64,000 nucleotides of DNA. It comes from Octopus bimaculoides (lineage: Eukaryota). Position numbers and translations under genes: made by a program. The notes below the pieces were generated by a model. That model did no database searches, was not told the origin of the DNA, and saw only the letters and a list, made by a program, of their open reading frames with translations. Shown in pieces: positions 1 to 13,150 of the stretch (positions are counted from its first letter, which is position 1; every line of letters begins with the position of its first letter). The stretch covers positions 39,083,718 to 39,147,717 of the forward strand of contig NC_068998.1 of NCBI RefSeq assembly GCF_001194135.2, written 5' to 3'.

Positions 1-1015
1 TATATATATATATATATATATATTCTTTTATTTGTTTCAGTCATTTGACTGCAGTCATACTGATGATAATTTGATCACCAGCATATAGGAGTTCCCATGG
101 ACAGCCAGTCTTACATTCATTTGTGATGGTCTGTAGGGCTATAATGAATAGGAGAGGTCTAGCTACTGCATGTGCAAACTAATCCATTTAAATTCCGAGC
201 AATGCCAGGTATGTCTGCTAGTCAGCTTATAAAAACAAGACATGACCTGCAACAATGAAAATGAATGTTATATTGAAAAAGTACTTCCCATCAGCTTTTC
301 AATGAAGCTCAAAATGTACAAGCTCTTAATGGCTTCGATCCTTCAGTATGGGTATGGAAACTGGAGATGTACAGCTGATATATAATGAAGAAACAGGTAT
401 TTTAGCACATGTCTATATAAGGTTGCTATGTATCTCATACAGAGATCACAGAACAGCAGCCTTGTCAGGCAGTAAGTCACCAAATATGCTGGTAAACAGG
501 AAACACTCCTTGCTACAGTCAAGTATCAACAGCTCATTTGATACAGATACCATAACTCTCTGTCCAAAATCATTCAGAACAGCTGAAGAAAATAAAGAAG
601 AAACAGACAAAGATAACTCTGCTCTATCAATATTAAGGACTAGAACAGTGGCCCTTCTATATATGATGAACAGCAGAGATCAGTGGCAATTCTTGACTGT
701 CAGTGCATTTAGAGTAGCACCTCAATGAATGGTTGTACAAGACACAGGAAGATGATAATGATGATAAATTTTTGATACACTATGTCAAAATAAAAGATGA
801 GGCGATCATGGCTGGAATATCTTTGACCATAGGCCTACAAGATCTGAGCTCACTAAGGATTAAACAGCAACTACAATTGAAGCATTACAATTATTATACA
901 GTTTTCTGAGACATGGAATTTAAATTGGTGGTTGTGGTGAGCAGCAATGAGAGGAAAGTGGTGGGCCATTTATGCTCCAACTGGAGCAGGCAGATTTGAT
1001 TTCTTCTGTTATTAA

Positions 1016-1295
1016 CCCATTACCTCCCATAATTCTATTAACTGGAATTTTTTTTTTATGAAACTTTGATTTCTAGCATAAAACAGCCTTAGAAACACGC
1101 TGGAATGATCAAAATAACATTTTAAATAGAAATAAGCAAGATATTGGGTGAAAAATTAGCAAACCTCATTTGAATATCAGAGAAATATACCAAGTAGATA
1201 TAGCAAAAAGGTTAGATATGTGTAAATATTGACAGATAATTACGAAATTTGTAATTTTTAAGTGATCTCATATGAGATCACTGGTAGGTAATGGG
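1016..1295. mobile_element. piggyBac-type non-autonomous element (MITE)
   Basis: TTAA at 1012-1015 and 1296-1299; TIRs CCCATTACCTCCCA / TGGTAGGTAATGGG; internal 22-bp perfect palindrome at 1261-1282. Confidence 0.75.
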
Positions 1296-1732
1296 TTAAG
1301 AACTATTTCTAGGAACATTGCTCATTAGTGACAGTGAGAAATTGGGATGGAATTTTGGATGTCTGCAGGGACTGTGTGAGAGTGACTGATAGAAGATGGG
1401 AATGCAAAAGCTCACATACCTTCTTGGTCAATTCAAACTGTCTAACCAGGTTTTTGCCTTGTTTTTCCAAAAGTGCAAATGAGAACTAGGACAAATTGCA
1501 ACAGGTCATCCTGGTCATATTTAGATAGAAGTTTCATCAGGTTAGCAGACAAAATTAACCTAAGTTGTCCACACTTTCAGACAATGCACTACACGAGCCA
1601 CAGACTTGTGATCTGTACAGTCAATTTGGAACTGACTACAAGACAGGGACCCAGCTATATTTTGCCCTTGTATTGTCTCAATGTCTTTGGCCTTTGTGGT
1701 CAATAAAAGAGATCATCATCATCATTATCATT

Positions 1733-2195
1733 AAGGTGGCAAGCTAGCAGAATTATTAGCACACTGGGCAAAATGATGCTTAGTGGCATTTTGTCCATCT
1801 TCATGTTCTGAATTCAAATTCTGTCAAGGTCAAATTTGCTTTTCACCCTTTCAGGATAAATAAAATAAGTATCAGTCGAGTACTGGGGTTGATATAATCG
1901 ACTTACCCCACCCCTGAAACTTCTGGCTTTGTGCCAAAATTTGAAACCATCATCATCATTATTATTATTATTATTATAGAAGGTGGTGAGCTTGCAGAGT
2001 CGTTAGCATGCTGGGCAAGATGCTTAGCAATATTTCATCCGTCCTTAGGTTCTGATTACAAATTCTACCAAGGTTGACTTTGCCTTTCATCCTTTCAGGG
2101 TTGATAAATTAAGTACCAGTAAAACACTGGGGTCGATGTAATTAACTCATCTCCTCCCCCAAAATGGCTGCTCTTGGGGCAAAATTTGGAACCAT
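1733..2195 (+). mobile_element. Two head-to-tail copies of tRNA-derived SINE family A
   Basis: Both have the aaggtggcgagct(g)gcag head, B-box-like gttctga.ttcaaattc, central gactttgcctttcatcctttc..ggt..ataaa.taagtaccag and tail gccaaaattt.gaacc plus (ATT)n. Confidence 0.8.
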
Positions 2196-2859
2196 TATTA
2201 TTATTAGTAGTAGTTATTGGTATTTAGACATTAAGCTGGCATAATCATTTATCAGTTCCTCTACCCTTACTTTAAGGTGGGTGGCATGTTTCACCTTTGT
2301 CTAACCTACCACAACTGCATGGGATAGAGTACACACAGATTTTGTCATATTCTCATCTCAAAAATATAGAATAGCATAGAGAGTGTGGGTAACAAATCTG
2401 AATTTGATGGGATTTTGATGAAATGGGATCAACCAAAAACTTTCAGTAAGGTTGATCATCACTACTTATTTGTAGCCATCCTCAAGGCAGCCAATTCTGG
2501 ACTCTTATCAGATGGCTATGGTGAGAGAGATAATTTAGTAGACAAGACTGAAAGGACTGCAGACAGATATTTTTTTCTGGCCAAGCTCTCATCTGAATTT
2601 CTTCAAGAGGAATGTGAAGATAGTGAGAAAGGTGCTGCCCTACAAAAAATTTGCTGAAAAATGAGAGAATGAAGAGAAAGGGCCAACTCTCAGTATTTGC
2701 TTTATAGGCTGGAGAATGTAGTCAGAAGAGAGCACTTCCCCTCAATAGCCAGGGACAATCTTGGATCTGTTAGAGTTTCTTGATTGGCCCAAAGTGGCTG
2801 CCCCTCCCTATTTGCATATCTCGCTTCATTCCTTTTGTAAACTGTTGCTTTCCATAATC

Positions 2860-3020
2860 AATTCTGTGTAAATACCTATGCCTGCTAGTTGAGTGGACTG
2901 GAGCATCGTAAAATGAAGTGTATTGCTCAAGGGCACAAAATATCATCCGGCCCAGGAATCAAAACCACAATCTTGTGATCAGGAGTCCAACACTCTAACC
3001 AGTAAGCCATGTGCCTCCAT
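2860..3020 (-). mobile_element. tRNA-derived SINE family D fragment
   Basis: Reverse complement of the head seen at 27835 and 54628 (tggcttactggttagagtgttggactcctgatcacaagattgtggttttgattcctgg). Confidence 0.65.
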
Positions 3021-3053
3021 TACATCAGTACTTCTGCACAATCTGGATTTTAA

Positions 3054-3275
3054 CCTGTAAGCATTCAAATTACTCAGTCAAATGTGATGTTTATTTATTC
3101 ACACTGTTTTGAATTACTCATGCATTATCTCGTAGCTTTGAGATTGTAATGATGCGATTTATTTTTAGAATAACATTGTAGGGTGGGTGTGACAAGCCAG
3201 ATCTGGCTGCTTGGAACATAAAATAAAACAGGTAGAATAACTGGGCCAGATATGGCCAGTTTAAGTGCTAAAGGG
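3054..3275. mobile_element. piggyBac-type MITE, second family
   Basis: TTAA at 3050-3053 and 3276-3279; right TIR ...gtgctaaaggg with a degenerate left TIR. A second copy lies at about 19095-19291. Confidence 0.7.
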
Positions 3276-3544
3276 TTAAACAAAGAAGGAAATCATTATA
3301 CTAAGAAGTGAGTGAATTCTTGTTGCTGTTGTTTAGCTCTCAGTCAGTCCTGGCCTAGTAACCCATCTTTGATCCATAGGTGTTCCAGCCATATTCATCC
3401 AGTCTTTTGTGTTTGCATTGTGTATCTATGAGTACATTATTTTGTGTGAATTGTACAGTGGCTGTGTGAATTCATTATTAGACTACTTGGATTGGTAGTC
3501 ATAATTTCAAGTTAGCTAAAGCCATATTTCTGATCAAGGCAAGT

Positions 3545-3740
3545 GGTCGATGCCAGTGCTGCCTGACTGGCTCCTGTGCTGGTGGCACGTAAAAAGCACC
3601 GACTACACTCTTGGAGTGGTTGGCGTTAGGAAGGGTATCCAGCTGTAGAAACCTTGGCAGATCAGATTGGAGCCTGGTGCAGCCTCCTGGCTTGCCAGTA
3701 CTCAGCATGGAAAATGGATGTTAAATGATGATGATGATGA
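3545..3740 (+). mobile_element. RTE-LINE 3' end / RTE-tailed retroposon
   Basis: ggcgttaggaagggtatccagctgtagaaacc...catggaaaatggatgttaaatgatgatgatg; the same tail recurs at 57925-58345 and, reversed, at 44770-44965. Confidence 0.7.
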
Positions 3741-4238
3741 TAGCTTCGTTACCATGCAGTCAATGCCATCGACTCTTCTATGCAAGAATTGGTCTACATA
3801 GTTATCAATGCTGTCACCATAAAGGAAGCTTTCAGCAAAGAAACTAAATTTTCAGATATGAGATAAAGCTGATGATAATGATGACAACGATGATGCTGAT
3901 GACATGCTAAGATCAAATTCCTCTGAAGCCGACTCTGCTTTTCATCCTTTCAGGTTGATAAAATGAAGGACCAGTGAAATATTGATATCAATGTAATTGA
4001 CTAACCCCCTCCCACAAATTTCAGGCTTTGTACCTATATGAGAAACAAAAATTACATTGTCTCATTTACTCCAGGTATCATGGACACATACAACTCTTTC
4101 TGATGAAATAGGTCAATAAATCCATACAAGAACAAACACCTTTAATCACATAAGCTCACCAACTGAGTATCGTATGAAGGCATGGGATAAATATATTACC
4201 ATTTTATCTCGATACGCATGCACACACATAAGAGCATG

Positions 4239-4288
<50 letters not shown>

Positions 4289-4381
4289 ATACACACACAC
4301 ACATATATGTTTATACAGATAAACTTACTTTTGCTTGAACATATATAGACGATGAGAGCAAGCCTGTATCTGTATGTATAT

Positions 4382-4436
<55 letters not shown>

Positions 4437-5315
4437 TCCAATAGATTTATTATGCATGTATGAATACGAATGTGTAAGAGTCTTTTTATTTATGAGAATG
4501 TAAACTACTTTGGTAAATAATGAAACACTTTTGACAGATCCGGAATACATTCTTGACCAACAGCCAAATCGTTAATGTCAAGGAGAATTTTGATTGGTTG
4601 GCACTTGAATAATTAACCTTCACATGTTCAGGTCACAAATAAAATTTAGATTTCCCAATTGTTAATGACAGCAGGATCTTAAGAAAAGCAGTATCTCTAA
4701 GGTTCAGATATAGCTCTGTTGTTAATAAGTCTGCTTTGAATCCACATGGTCCCAACATGAATTTCAATGCACAACAACTTGGGTAGTGTTTTCTACAGTA
4801 ATCTTAGGTTGATCAATACTTTCTAAGTGGAATTTGGCAGACATAGTAAGTGTGTATGCATGTGAATGTATGTATGTACGCACACATGCACCTGTGTTTA
4901 TGTTTACATGAAACTAAAAGCAGGTATTGTTTTATGTTTTGTGTCTTTATGTCCAATAGGGGCAGACATGGCTTTATGATTCCCAACCACATGATCTTGG
5001 GTACCATACTGAGGGACATTTGCCCAAGGTACTTCTTCTATATTAGCCCCAGACAGACCAAAACTTTGTGAGTGGATTTGGTAGATGGAAACTGAGAGAA
5101 GCCTGTTCTATATCTCTTCGAAACGCCAGTGTTAGAATGGTGGCAGCTGATGAAGAAAATGTTCTCTATGTGGCCTGTGTGTTTTCTGTACTCTGTTTAT
5201 CATTTTGTCTACGTTTTGTTTGCAATGTCCTGTACTCAGATATGCATCTATATATACAGGTGGATGTAGGTATGTACATACATGTACGTATATATGCATA
5301 TATTCATTTATTATT

Positions 5316-5369
<54 letters not shown>

Positions 5370-5758
5370 CATGTATGTGTGTATGTATGTGAGTGTGCCT
5401 CCATAGCTTGACTTCCTGTAATAGTTGTAAACGAATGTTACCATCATGCAAGCGATATCCTTTGTTTTCAATCTTTCATGAAAGACAGGTCTGGTCATGG
5501 GGAATATTACCTTACTTGGAAACGAGTGATGGTTGGTGAGAGAAAGGGCAGCTGGCTGTAAAAATTCTACCTCAACAAATTGTATATGACCCATGCAATC
5601 ATGGAAAAGTGGATGTTAAACTGATGATGATGAACTTAGCATTTCAAAATAAGTACAAGACTGAAATCAATATTGGAGTCATTGATTGGATCTACAAAAT
5701 TCCCTGATGACTTTGCTCCAGTATGTCTGCAGTCTTATGACTAAACCAATAAAATAAT

Positions 5759-5958
5759 CCTTTCTACTATAGGCACAAGACCTGAAATTCTGTTGATTAC
5801 ATCGACCCCAGTGTTTCACAGGTACTTAATTTATCGACCCCGAATGGATGAAAGGCAAAGTCAACCTTGGTGGCACTTGAACTTAGAACCCGAAGATTGA
5901 TGAAATACTGCCAAGTATTTTGCCAGTGTGCTAATGATTCTGCCATTCCGTTGCCTTA
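5759..5958 (-). mobile_element. SINE family A with 19-bp target-site duplication
   Basis: actaaaccaataaaataat at 5740-5758 and 5959-5977 flanks a reversed family A copy. Confidence 0.85.
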
Positions 5959-7213
5959 ACTAAACCAATAAAATAATAAAAGCTGATTACTGAAAGATAA
6001 TAAATCTAGTTTATTTTATTAAGTAATCAGAAAAGGTCATAGCCCTCTCATGCTCATAAAATAGAAGACACAGGGTAACATCCATATATAACTTGTAGTC
6101 CTCCTTGATTGATGAAACTGAAGAGTAAACTGGGTAACATCCACGAACTTAGTGTCTTTCATGATAAGAGTGAGGAGGATCGGGAGAAACAACCATGTAC
6201 TTTGTTGTCTTTCCTGGAATGTTGTAATGGTCGTTTCCCCCCATCCCTGGGGCATTAAGTAGAGTAAGTGGAAAAAACTTAATTCGAATCACCTGTGAAG
6301 TGAAAATGGTCCACTGTTTCAACATCCCAGGAATTTAGCGTTCAATAATTCATTTCTTATATAGACACGAAACTTGACAATTTTAAGGTGAAAGAAATAT
6401 GAAATTGGAACATATTTACCACCACTAAGACATGGCATTTGATTTATAGCCTAAAAAATTTGGTCTTCGTAACAACATCAAACCTTTTATCACTCCATGG
6501 CACATAAAATAAGTACCAGTAATACACTGTGACTGTTCCAATTCACTCCCTCCCGTCCCAGTACATTTATAACCTTGTGCTAATGTAGATAATTATTATC
6601 ATTATTTAATACCGACTCCTGTTAACAAAGTGTGGTGTCTTTTGATTGCCAAGAGACGTATTCGATTGAATAGTACCTCAGTATATTACTGCTACTTATT
6701 GTTGATTATTGATCCTGAGTTCGAGTGAAAAGTCCGATGGATCTTGACGTAAATTGAAATTAGAAAAGAAATGAAAAATAACTTTACGAACAACAATTAT
6801 CTATCAACAAATTAAAGGAAAATTATGCCGCAAGGCATACTTCTTAATTCATGATACAACCAACCTGTAGCCCCTACAGGTGACAAAATTAAATTGTGAC
6901 AATCATAAACAAGTTAAAACCAAGGCAGAGTCACATGTTAGTAAATTTTAAACTAAAAAACATTCCAAGTTACACATCTTAACCTGGGGCAGCCCTAGTT
7001 AATTATCTTTTCAAACTTTTAGAAAATCACTTATTTTATTACTGTTCCAAATGTCGTGGTGTAGTCACTTTTAACAACTTCACGGCACGTCCCAATGGTA
7101 TTGGTGACAGCACCCTATCCTAAAGTCAAGTCCCCAGTAATCTCAAACGATAAGAAACTTAATTATAGTTTTACAGTTAATTAACAGTTGATAACACAAA
7201 CGTCAGAACTTAC

Positions 7214-7540
7214 CTTGTCCACAATCAAATTTGGACTCACATGAATGGCTACACCCGATCAGAACCGACTTGGAACTAACCAACGACAACCTTGGACACT
7301 CTATACATGCTTGTATAGTCAATTGAAATATAATGATGACGATGAGGTGGAGAATAAGTTGCACTCAGGTAAAGAAATATAACCACAGCAACAAAAACAG
7401 CAGTAAACAATAGAAGTAGCAACAAATACTACAGCAGTGGCAGCAGCAGCGGTAGTAGCAGTAGCAGCAGCAACAACAAACAGTTTGGTTATTTTGTTGT
7501 TTATATATTCACCCCCAGCAACGAGCAACCGGGGATGGCA
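7214..7540 (-). other. Probable first (non-coding) exon of a divergent minus-strand transcript
   Basis: Minus-strand donor CAAG|gtaagt at 7214/7213, next to the promoter. The only ATG ORF I found is short (MYRVSKVVVG*). 5' end uncertain. Confidence 0.4.
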
Positions 7541-7549
7541 AGATGTGTA

Positions 7550-7588
7550 GACGTCACCGAAACATACGCACAAACATCGGTGACGTCA
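7550..7588. promoter_or_regulatory. Pair of inverted CRE/ATF-type sites in a probable bidirectional promoter
   Basis: GACGTCACCGA (7550-7560) and TCGGTGACGTC (7577-7587) form a perfect 11-bp inverted repeat. There is a full TGACGTCA at 7581-7588, CpG-rich context, and divergent splice donors on either side. Confidence 0.6.
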
Positions 7589-7619
7589 TGCTCGCATCAC
7601 TTCACCACTCCACCACCAC

Positions 7620-7689
7620 CTTGTTGATTATTACAACAGTTTAATGTCAATACCGGGGTAGAGGCGGACGGAGGAGCATTTTTTTCAAG
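7620..7689 (+). other. Probable non-coding first exon (5'UTR) of the SH3BGRL-like gene; start uncertain
   Basis: Strong donor CAAG|gtgagt at 7689/7690 just downstream of the CRE-containing promoter. The next good acceptor I found is at 9188. Confidence 0.5.
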
Positions 7690-7974
7690 GTGAGTGTTTT
7701 AAAACGGGTGGCCAGAGAGAGAGGCAAACAGTTAGCGAATGCGAGAGAAAAGACGAAAATATGCATCAGACTGGAAAAAGAAATGTAATATTATTAACAA
7801 GATAGACAGATAGAAAATAGTTATTTAAATGAAAGAAAACAAAACCCGAGATAGGATTTTAAAGTAAAAGTTTACTTTGGAGAAGGGGAAAAAAATTTAT
7901 GGTTGTTTTGTATTATGTTAGCATTGAAAATGGAAAAAACATGATAAAAAATGCAAAATTCATTATCTTCATTT

Positions 7975-8010
<36 letters not shown>

Positions 8011-8091
8011 TAAAACAAGCAAAATTAATTAGTAACAAAAATTGTCAGTTCGGCTCTACTGACAGTATTCCATTCTCACAGAAAATAAATG

Positions 8092-8126
<35 letters not shown>

Positions 8127-9223
8127 TTATTTATAGTTTTTATTTTTGTTATTTTTTCTACTCTTAAATATGACTAGAGAATGTAGACATTTGAGGAGAA
8201 AGTGAAAACATTTTTTTTTTTCAAGAACGTGTATACATATAAGAAAGGTATTAAAAATAAAAAAAAAGGGTAGGCGATAAGTGAGGAAAGCGTCTAGAAA
8301 TAAGTGAAAATGTCCAAGTCGATATATATATATATATGCATATGCGCATGTTTGTGTACAGGGGCCGCTACCATTTCCAAGTTGCGTAGTACGATAAACC
8401 ACAGACACATATATCTTCAAATACCCACAAATGGGGAAAGGAAATCTTAAAATTAAGACTAATTAAATTCTAATCAATTGTATTACATGCAGAGATCTAT
8501 ATACAGACTATCAGTCACACTGTCTTTATATACGTACGTGCGTGCATGTATGTATACGTCTGTCTATTTACCTGTCCGTCTAAATTTATGTAATTTCGTG
8601 TCTGTCTTACCTTTCGATCTATGAACTCGTATATCTATCAGTTTATTTATCTCGTATATCTAAAATGCCGTAAGATAGCTGCATGCCTGTTGATACTGTA
8701 AAAATACACTAAATGTCTCGTATCTTTCTTGACTTTTCTTCGCATTAAACCGCCCCTACACCTCGCCCCTTCTCTGTGTTATGGTTTGAAATGTCAAAGG
8801 TTCACCCTTTTGGCATTTGTCCGTTTGCCAAACACAGACAGACATTGACGTGTATACACACGTGTGTATGTATGTATGTATGTTTTAACTATTTACGCTC
8901 TTGTTTTAGATAAAATATTTTTTCAACATTAATATAAAGGTATATATATAAGTGTATGTGTACATATATACACGCGCATATACATATACCTATATATTGT
9001 AACATTTACATACACACATGCATGCGCATATACATAGACGCATACACATTCCTTCCTGCTACATGTGTATTTGCACGCACACACTCTCACACACATATCC
9101 TCATACTCTCATTTCTTTCCTGTTATATATATATATATATATATGTATGTATTTAAGCTTTTCTGTTGATTTATTTTCTCTTTGATAGCCAAGGAGTGGT
9201 GCGGGGACCGAAAAGCAGACATC

Positions 9224-9268
9224 ATGGTGATCAAAGTTTACATTTCGAATATTACATGCAATAACAAG
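9224..9268 (+). CDS. SH3BGRL: First coding exon of SH3BGR/SH3BGRL-family protein (MVIKVYISNITCNNK); the exon including 5'UTR spans 9189-9268
   Basis: Acceptor ttattttctctttgatag| ends at 9188, ATG at 9224, donor AAG|gtgaga at 9268/9269. The 15 codons resemble the SH3BGRL N-terminus (MVIRVYIASSSGSTA, recalled) and join exon 39829 in phase 0. Too short to appear in the ORF track. Confidence 0.88.
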
Positions 9269-11689
9269 GTGAGACGACTGCACATATACATAACTCAACA
9301 TTATACATACGCTCGTATATAGTCATTCTTACTCATACCTATATGTATACACTATGCGACCCATTTATTGTTTCTGAGATGGGCACGGACGGCCCGAAAT
9401 CAATCCCTTCTCCTTGTAAATAAATCGGTATGGCTGTGTATGGTCGCAAAGAAAACATATACATACCTATGCATTCTCTAATATATACGCAACTGTTACA
9501 CTTAACATATATGTATGTATAATTCTTCATAAACCTAAATACATATGTATGTTATTTATTTATTTTTGCTCCACTCTCAAGTTTTATTTCACATACAAAT
9601 ATATAAAGGTGTGGAATGTTTCTAGATTTACGGGTAATTGAAAAGTACCCATTCTTTTTTTCTGAAAGTTATGAGGAAATAAAGTCGACTCGTATGAATT
9701 ATCCGAAACTCGTTTCCCCCCACTCCACAACTACCCATCCAAAATATATAATGGGAATCTACACCACCTGAAAGGTATATGTAGAAAATTTCATCAAGAA
9801 ATATCCATTTTTCTAAAAGTTATAAAGAAACAAAGTTGTGTGTGTGAGGCACATTTGTGTAGGTATGTCAAGCAATTAATGTGTGTGTGTGTGTAGGCCT
9901 TTAAGTTTTAACTTGAAAACTTTTTATCTTATGTACTGGAATGATTGAAATAAAAAATATTTTTCATTTCCAAAAAAGAAAAGAAAAGAAAAAAAAATTA
10001 TCTTTCAAAGGCGCTAAGAGATTTTATGTGAATATATTTTTGTTTATGTACTTTTAAAATGGTGGGAACAACTGTTTTCGTTGGAAATATAATTTATTAG
10101 AAATATTGTCGCATTGAATAATTTATATTTCTTAAGATCTAACACTCCCCCCTCTCACTCTCTCTCTAATACATGTGTGTGTACGTACGTATGTATGTAT
10201 GTGCGCATACACACACATACATAGTACAGCGATTTTAAACAAACACGCAAAGTGTGAGGCAGACACAATAATGCGGCTGTATACACGCATACACACATCT
10301 TGTATACTCACACAGTGTCCAAATATGGTGTTGAGAGAGAGGTTTAGCGGTTTGATAAGTAGAAAGTGAGGGTGGTGGGGTTGTAGAGAAACTGGAGGGA
10401 AACATGTAATCAGTTTATTTATGGCTGGGCAGAACATGCGCATAATATACATACATATATATATATATATATACATACATATATATATATATGTGTGTGT
10501 ATAAATATATATGATGCGTTATTGACATGTAGACATTCTGTTACATGGTTGCCGATTAGCCCCAGGCCAATCCTGGTTGAGCAGACATTTGATCAAAGCA
10601 CATTCCAGCCCAGACGTTACCAGCCCCTGTCTTTTACCTATGTGCAAGGGAACCCAAGAAAGATCTCATCATTCAATGTGTTTTTTCTTTCTTAAAATAA
10701 AAAACCGTACAGTGTACTTTTCAGTGATATTTGACTGCTATTTTTAGCATGTTGAAGTATTACAGAAATACAACCTCGTTCACTTGCTGCTCCCCCTCTA
10801 GTGTATAGTTGTTACTACGACACCACTACCAACACTACTATTACTACTACTAGTAGTAATAGTGCTGTAACTACTAACCTAATACTACTTTTACTATATA
10901 GTCTTTAGTATTGTAGTTGCTACAGTAATAATAAAAACATCCTTTACTAACTACTACCACCATTATATTGCGGTTACTGAATATTTACTGCATCGGCTAC
11001 CGCTAACACCATAACTATCATCTGAGCACTGCGACCATTGATGGTGCTACGGCCACACCATTATCAATGAAACTTTGTACCTAATCTTCTATGTCCACTA
11101 CATCCATCATTGGTCATATATCTTATATTCAGCCATCAGTCATTGATCATTGTCTGTGGTCAGTCATGTCAATTCGGCTATCAGCGGTCCCCCATTTCGT
11201 GGTCGTCTGCACCAAGATAGCGGCCAGTTTGGTGGTCATGTTCCCTACAAACATCGACGGTCATTTGTTTTGAATGGTATTCAGTCGCTGGTCGTCCGTG
11301 TCTAATATAACCACCGGTCAGTTGTCTATCAAATAGATCATCATATCTTTTTTTATATGTCCAATGCAGAACCCCAGTTGGTAGCTATCCGTGTCCAAAA
11401 CAGTGTTGCCGATCATCTTTATCCAATAGCGCAGTCAGTCATTGGACATTTGTATCTAATACGGCCATTTAAACGGTGGTTATCAGTTACTAATAGTACA
11501 GTCAATGTACAGTGGCCATCTGTAGTGTGGTAGTGTCCAGCACATACATCAGTAACTGTGACCACTCCAGATATCACTTATCCATTACAGCCTCTAGTCG
11601 GTCGCGTCCAAAACAGCCTGTCAGTCGGGTGTCCTCTGCAACCATTATCCTCTTTCCAAAAACTTAAACTGAGCGCTGTCGTGTCGCCT

Positions 11690-13150
11690 CTACATCTATT
11701 CACATCATCTTTCCGTAGCAGACGATCTTCAACTTCCCTCGCTCCTCATACTTTTCCTCTCCTCTTCCACTGTGCTCTTAGCTTTCCATACGCTTTCTTT
11801 GTATTCCCCTTCCACTGTGCTCTTAGTTTTTCTATACTTTCTTTTTTTTCTCTCCTTCCTCCTGTATCGTTCATCTCCCTCCTTTACTATTGCTACTCCC
11901 ATCTTGCTATTCGAGCAGACGATCCATACTTACTCTCGCTCCTCCTCCTCCTCTCTGCGTGCATTCGCAGATTTCACTCCTACTTTTCTCCAGTGCTTTT
12001 CTCTTCTCCTCTCTTTCTCCCCATATTTTACCTTTATTTCTCCCACTTATACCACTTACCCTCCTCTATCATTCCACCAGGAACATCCTTAGTAATGTTT
12101 GCTTCTCGCCATTCTGTATACATCTAGTTAATTCCTTTTATCCCATCCTCTTCTCTCCCTCTCTCTCTCTCTCTCTCTACATCTCCATTACAGTTTCATT
12201 CTGTCTTTCGTCTAACTCTCCCTCCTTTCCTCTCTCTCTCTTTCTTTATCTCTCATCTCACTTCTGTTTTCAGTTGTGCTTAATTACCTCACCTCCTCCG
12301 TGTTTTTCATCTCCTTTTCACAAGTGAAGAAAACAGATGCTGGCCTCGTCTCTATCTCTCGATAATTCTTCATCCTCTTACTTTTTATGCCTGTTCTTCA
12401 GAAACAACTTGGCGAAATTCACAAACTTGATCATTTTCCCTCCCTTTCCCTCTACTCTCTTCTCTTCTTTTTCCCTTCAGTTTTGTCTTATATCTTCAAT
12501 CTGTTCCTCTCTGCTTTCCTACACGCACACACAAATTTGTTTGTCTTCCATCTCTTTGTAGGCTCCACTTTCATTCACATCCCCCCACCATCACTTTGGA
12601 TCTAATCACTCTACATTCTTCCTCTGTCCACCCACCCACCCACGAGTTATTCTCTCCATTCTCTATTTCTACTCACACATACACTATTCTCTACTTCCTT
12701 CGTTTATTCTATCTCTTCCCTCACCCGCCCTGCCTTTATTCTCTCCCATTTCACCCTCTTTGTTTATTCTCTCTACCTATCCCTTTCTTTAATTTCTCTG
12801 CCTGTCTGTTTCTCTCTCTCTCTCTCTCCTCTTACCCACTCTAACCTTTATTCTTTCTCTCCTTTCACCAATCTATGTTCTTGCTCTCTACCTACATTCC
12901 GTTTATTCTCTTTCCCCTTTCACCCACTTTCCGTTTATTCTCTGTAGTCCCTCTTTTTCCATCCACGAAGTCTCTCTTTTTTCTTCATTTTCTAAGTCTA
13001 ATTTTATTCTGCCTCTATTTTCTGAATAATCTGTCTGCATCTCTCTCTCTCTCTCCAACTTTTTATTAATCTCTCTCTACTTGTCTTTCTCTCCATTCTC
13101 GTTATCCTCTCTTCGTTAATTTCTCCAACAGTCTCCCCACTTCCTGCACA
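11690..13150. repeat. About 1.5-kb pyrimidine-rich low-complexity tract
   Basis: The + strand is mostly C/T with (CT)n runs and a local duplication cttccactgtgctcttag at about 11764 and 11809. The overlapping F/L/S/P-rich ORFs are artefacts. Confidence 0.85.

Noticed and set aside
348-728. 126-aa + strand ORF
   Set aside because: No recognisable domain and no convincing splice context; the antisense frames contain stops.
2295-2653. Strong minus-strand acceptor at 2654 and peptide FWLIPFHQNPIKFRFV, reminiscent of PLE RT (HKNPIKFRF)
   Set aside because: All three frames hit stops and the motif is only about 16 aa. It could be a non-coding exon of the divergent transcript or a chance match; BLASTX is needed.
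5110-5165. CGAAAC followed by CTGATGA (possible type II hammerhead)
   Set aside because: I could not build helix I and helix II is only 3 bp.
8127-8420. Minus ORF beginning KIYVSVV, superficially like the SH3BGR N-terminus
   Set aside because: Starts at TTG, runs into (TA)n and has no further family motifs.
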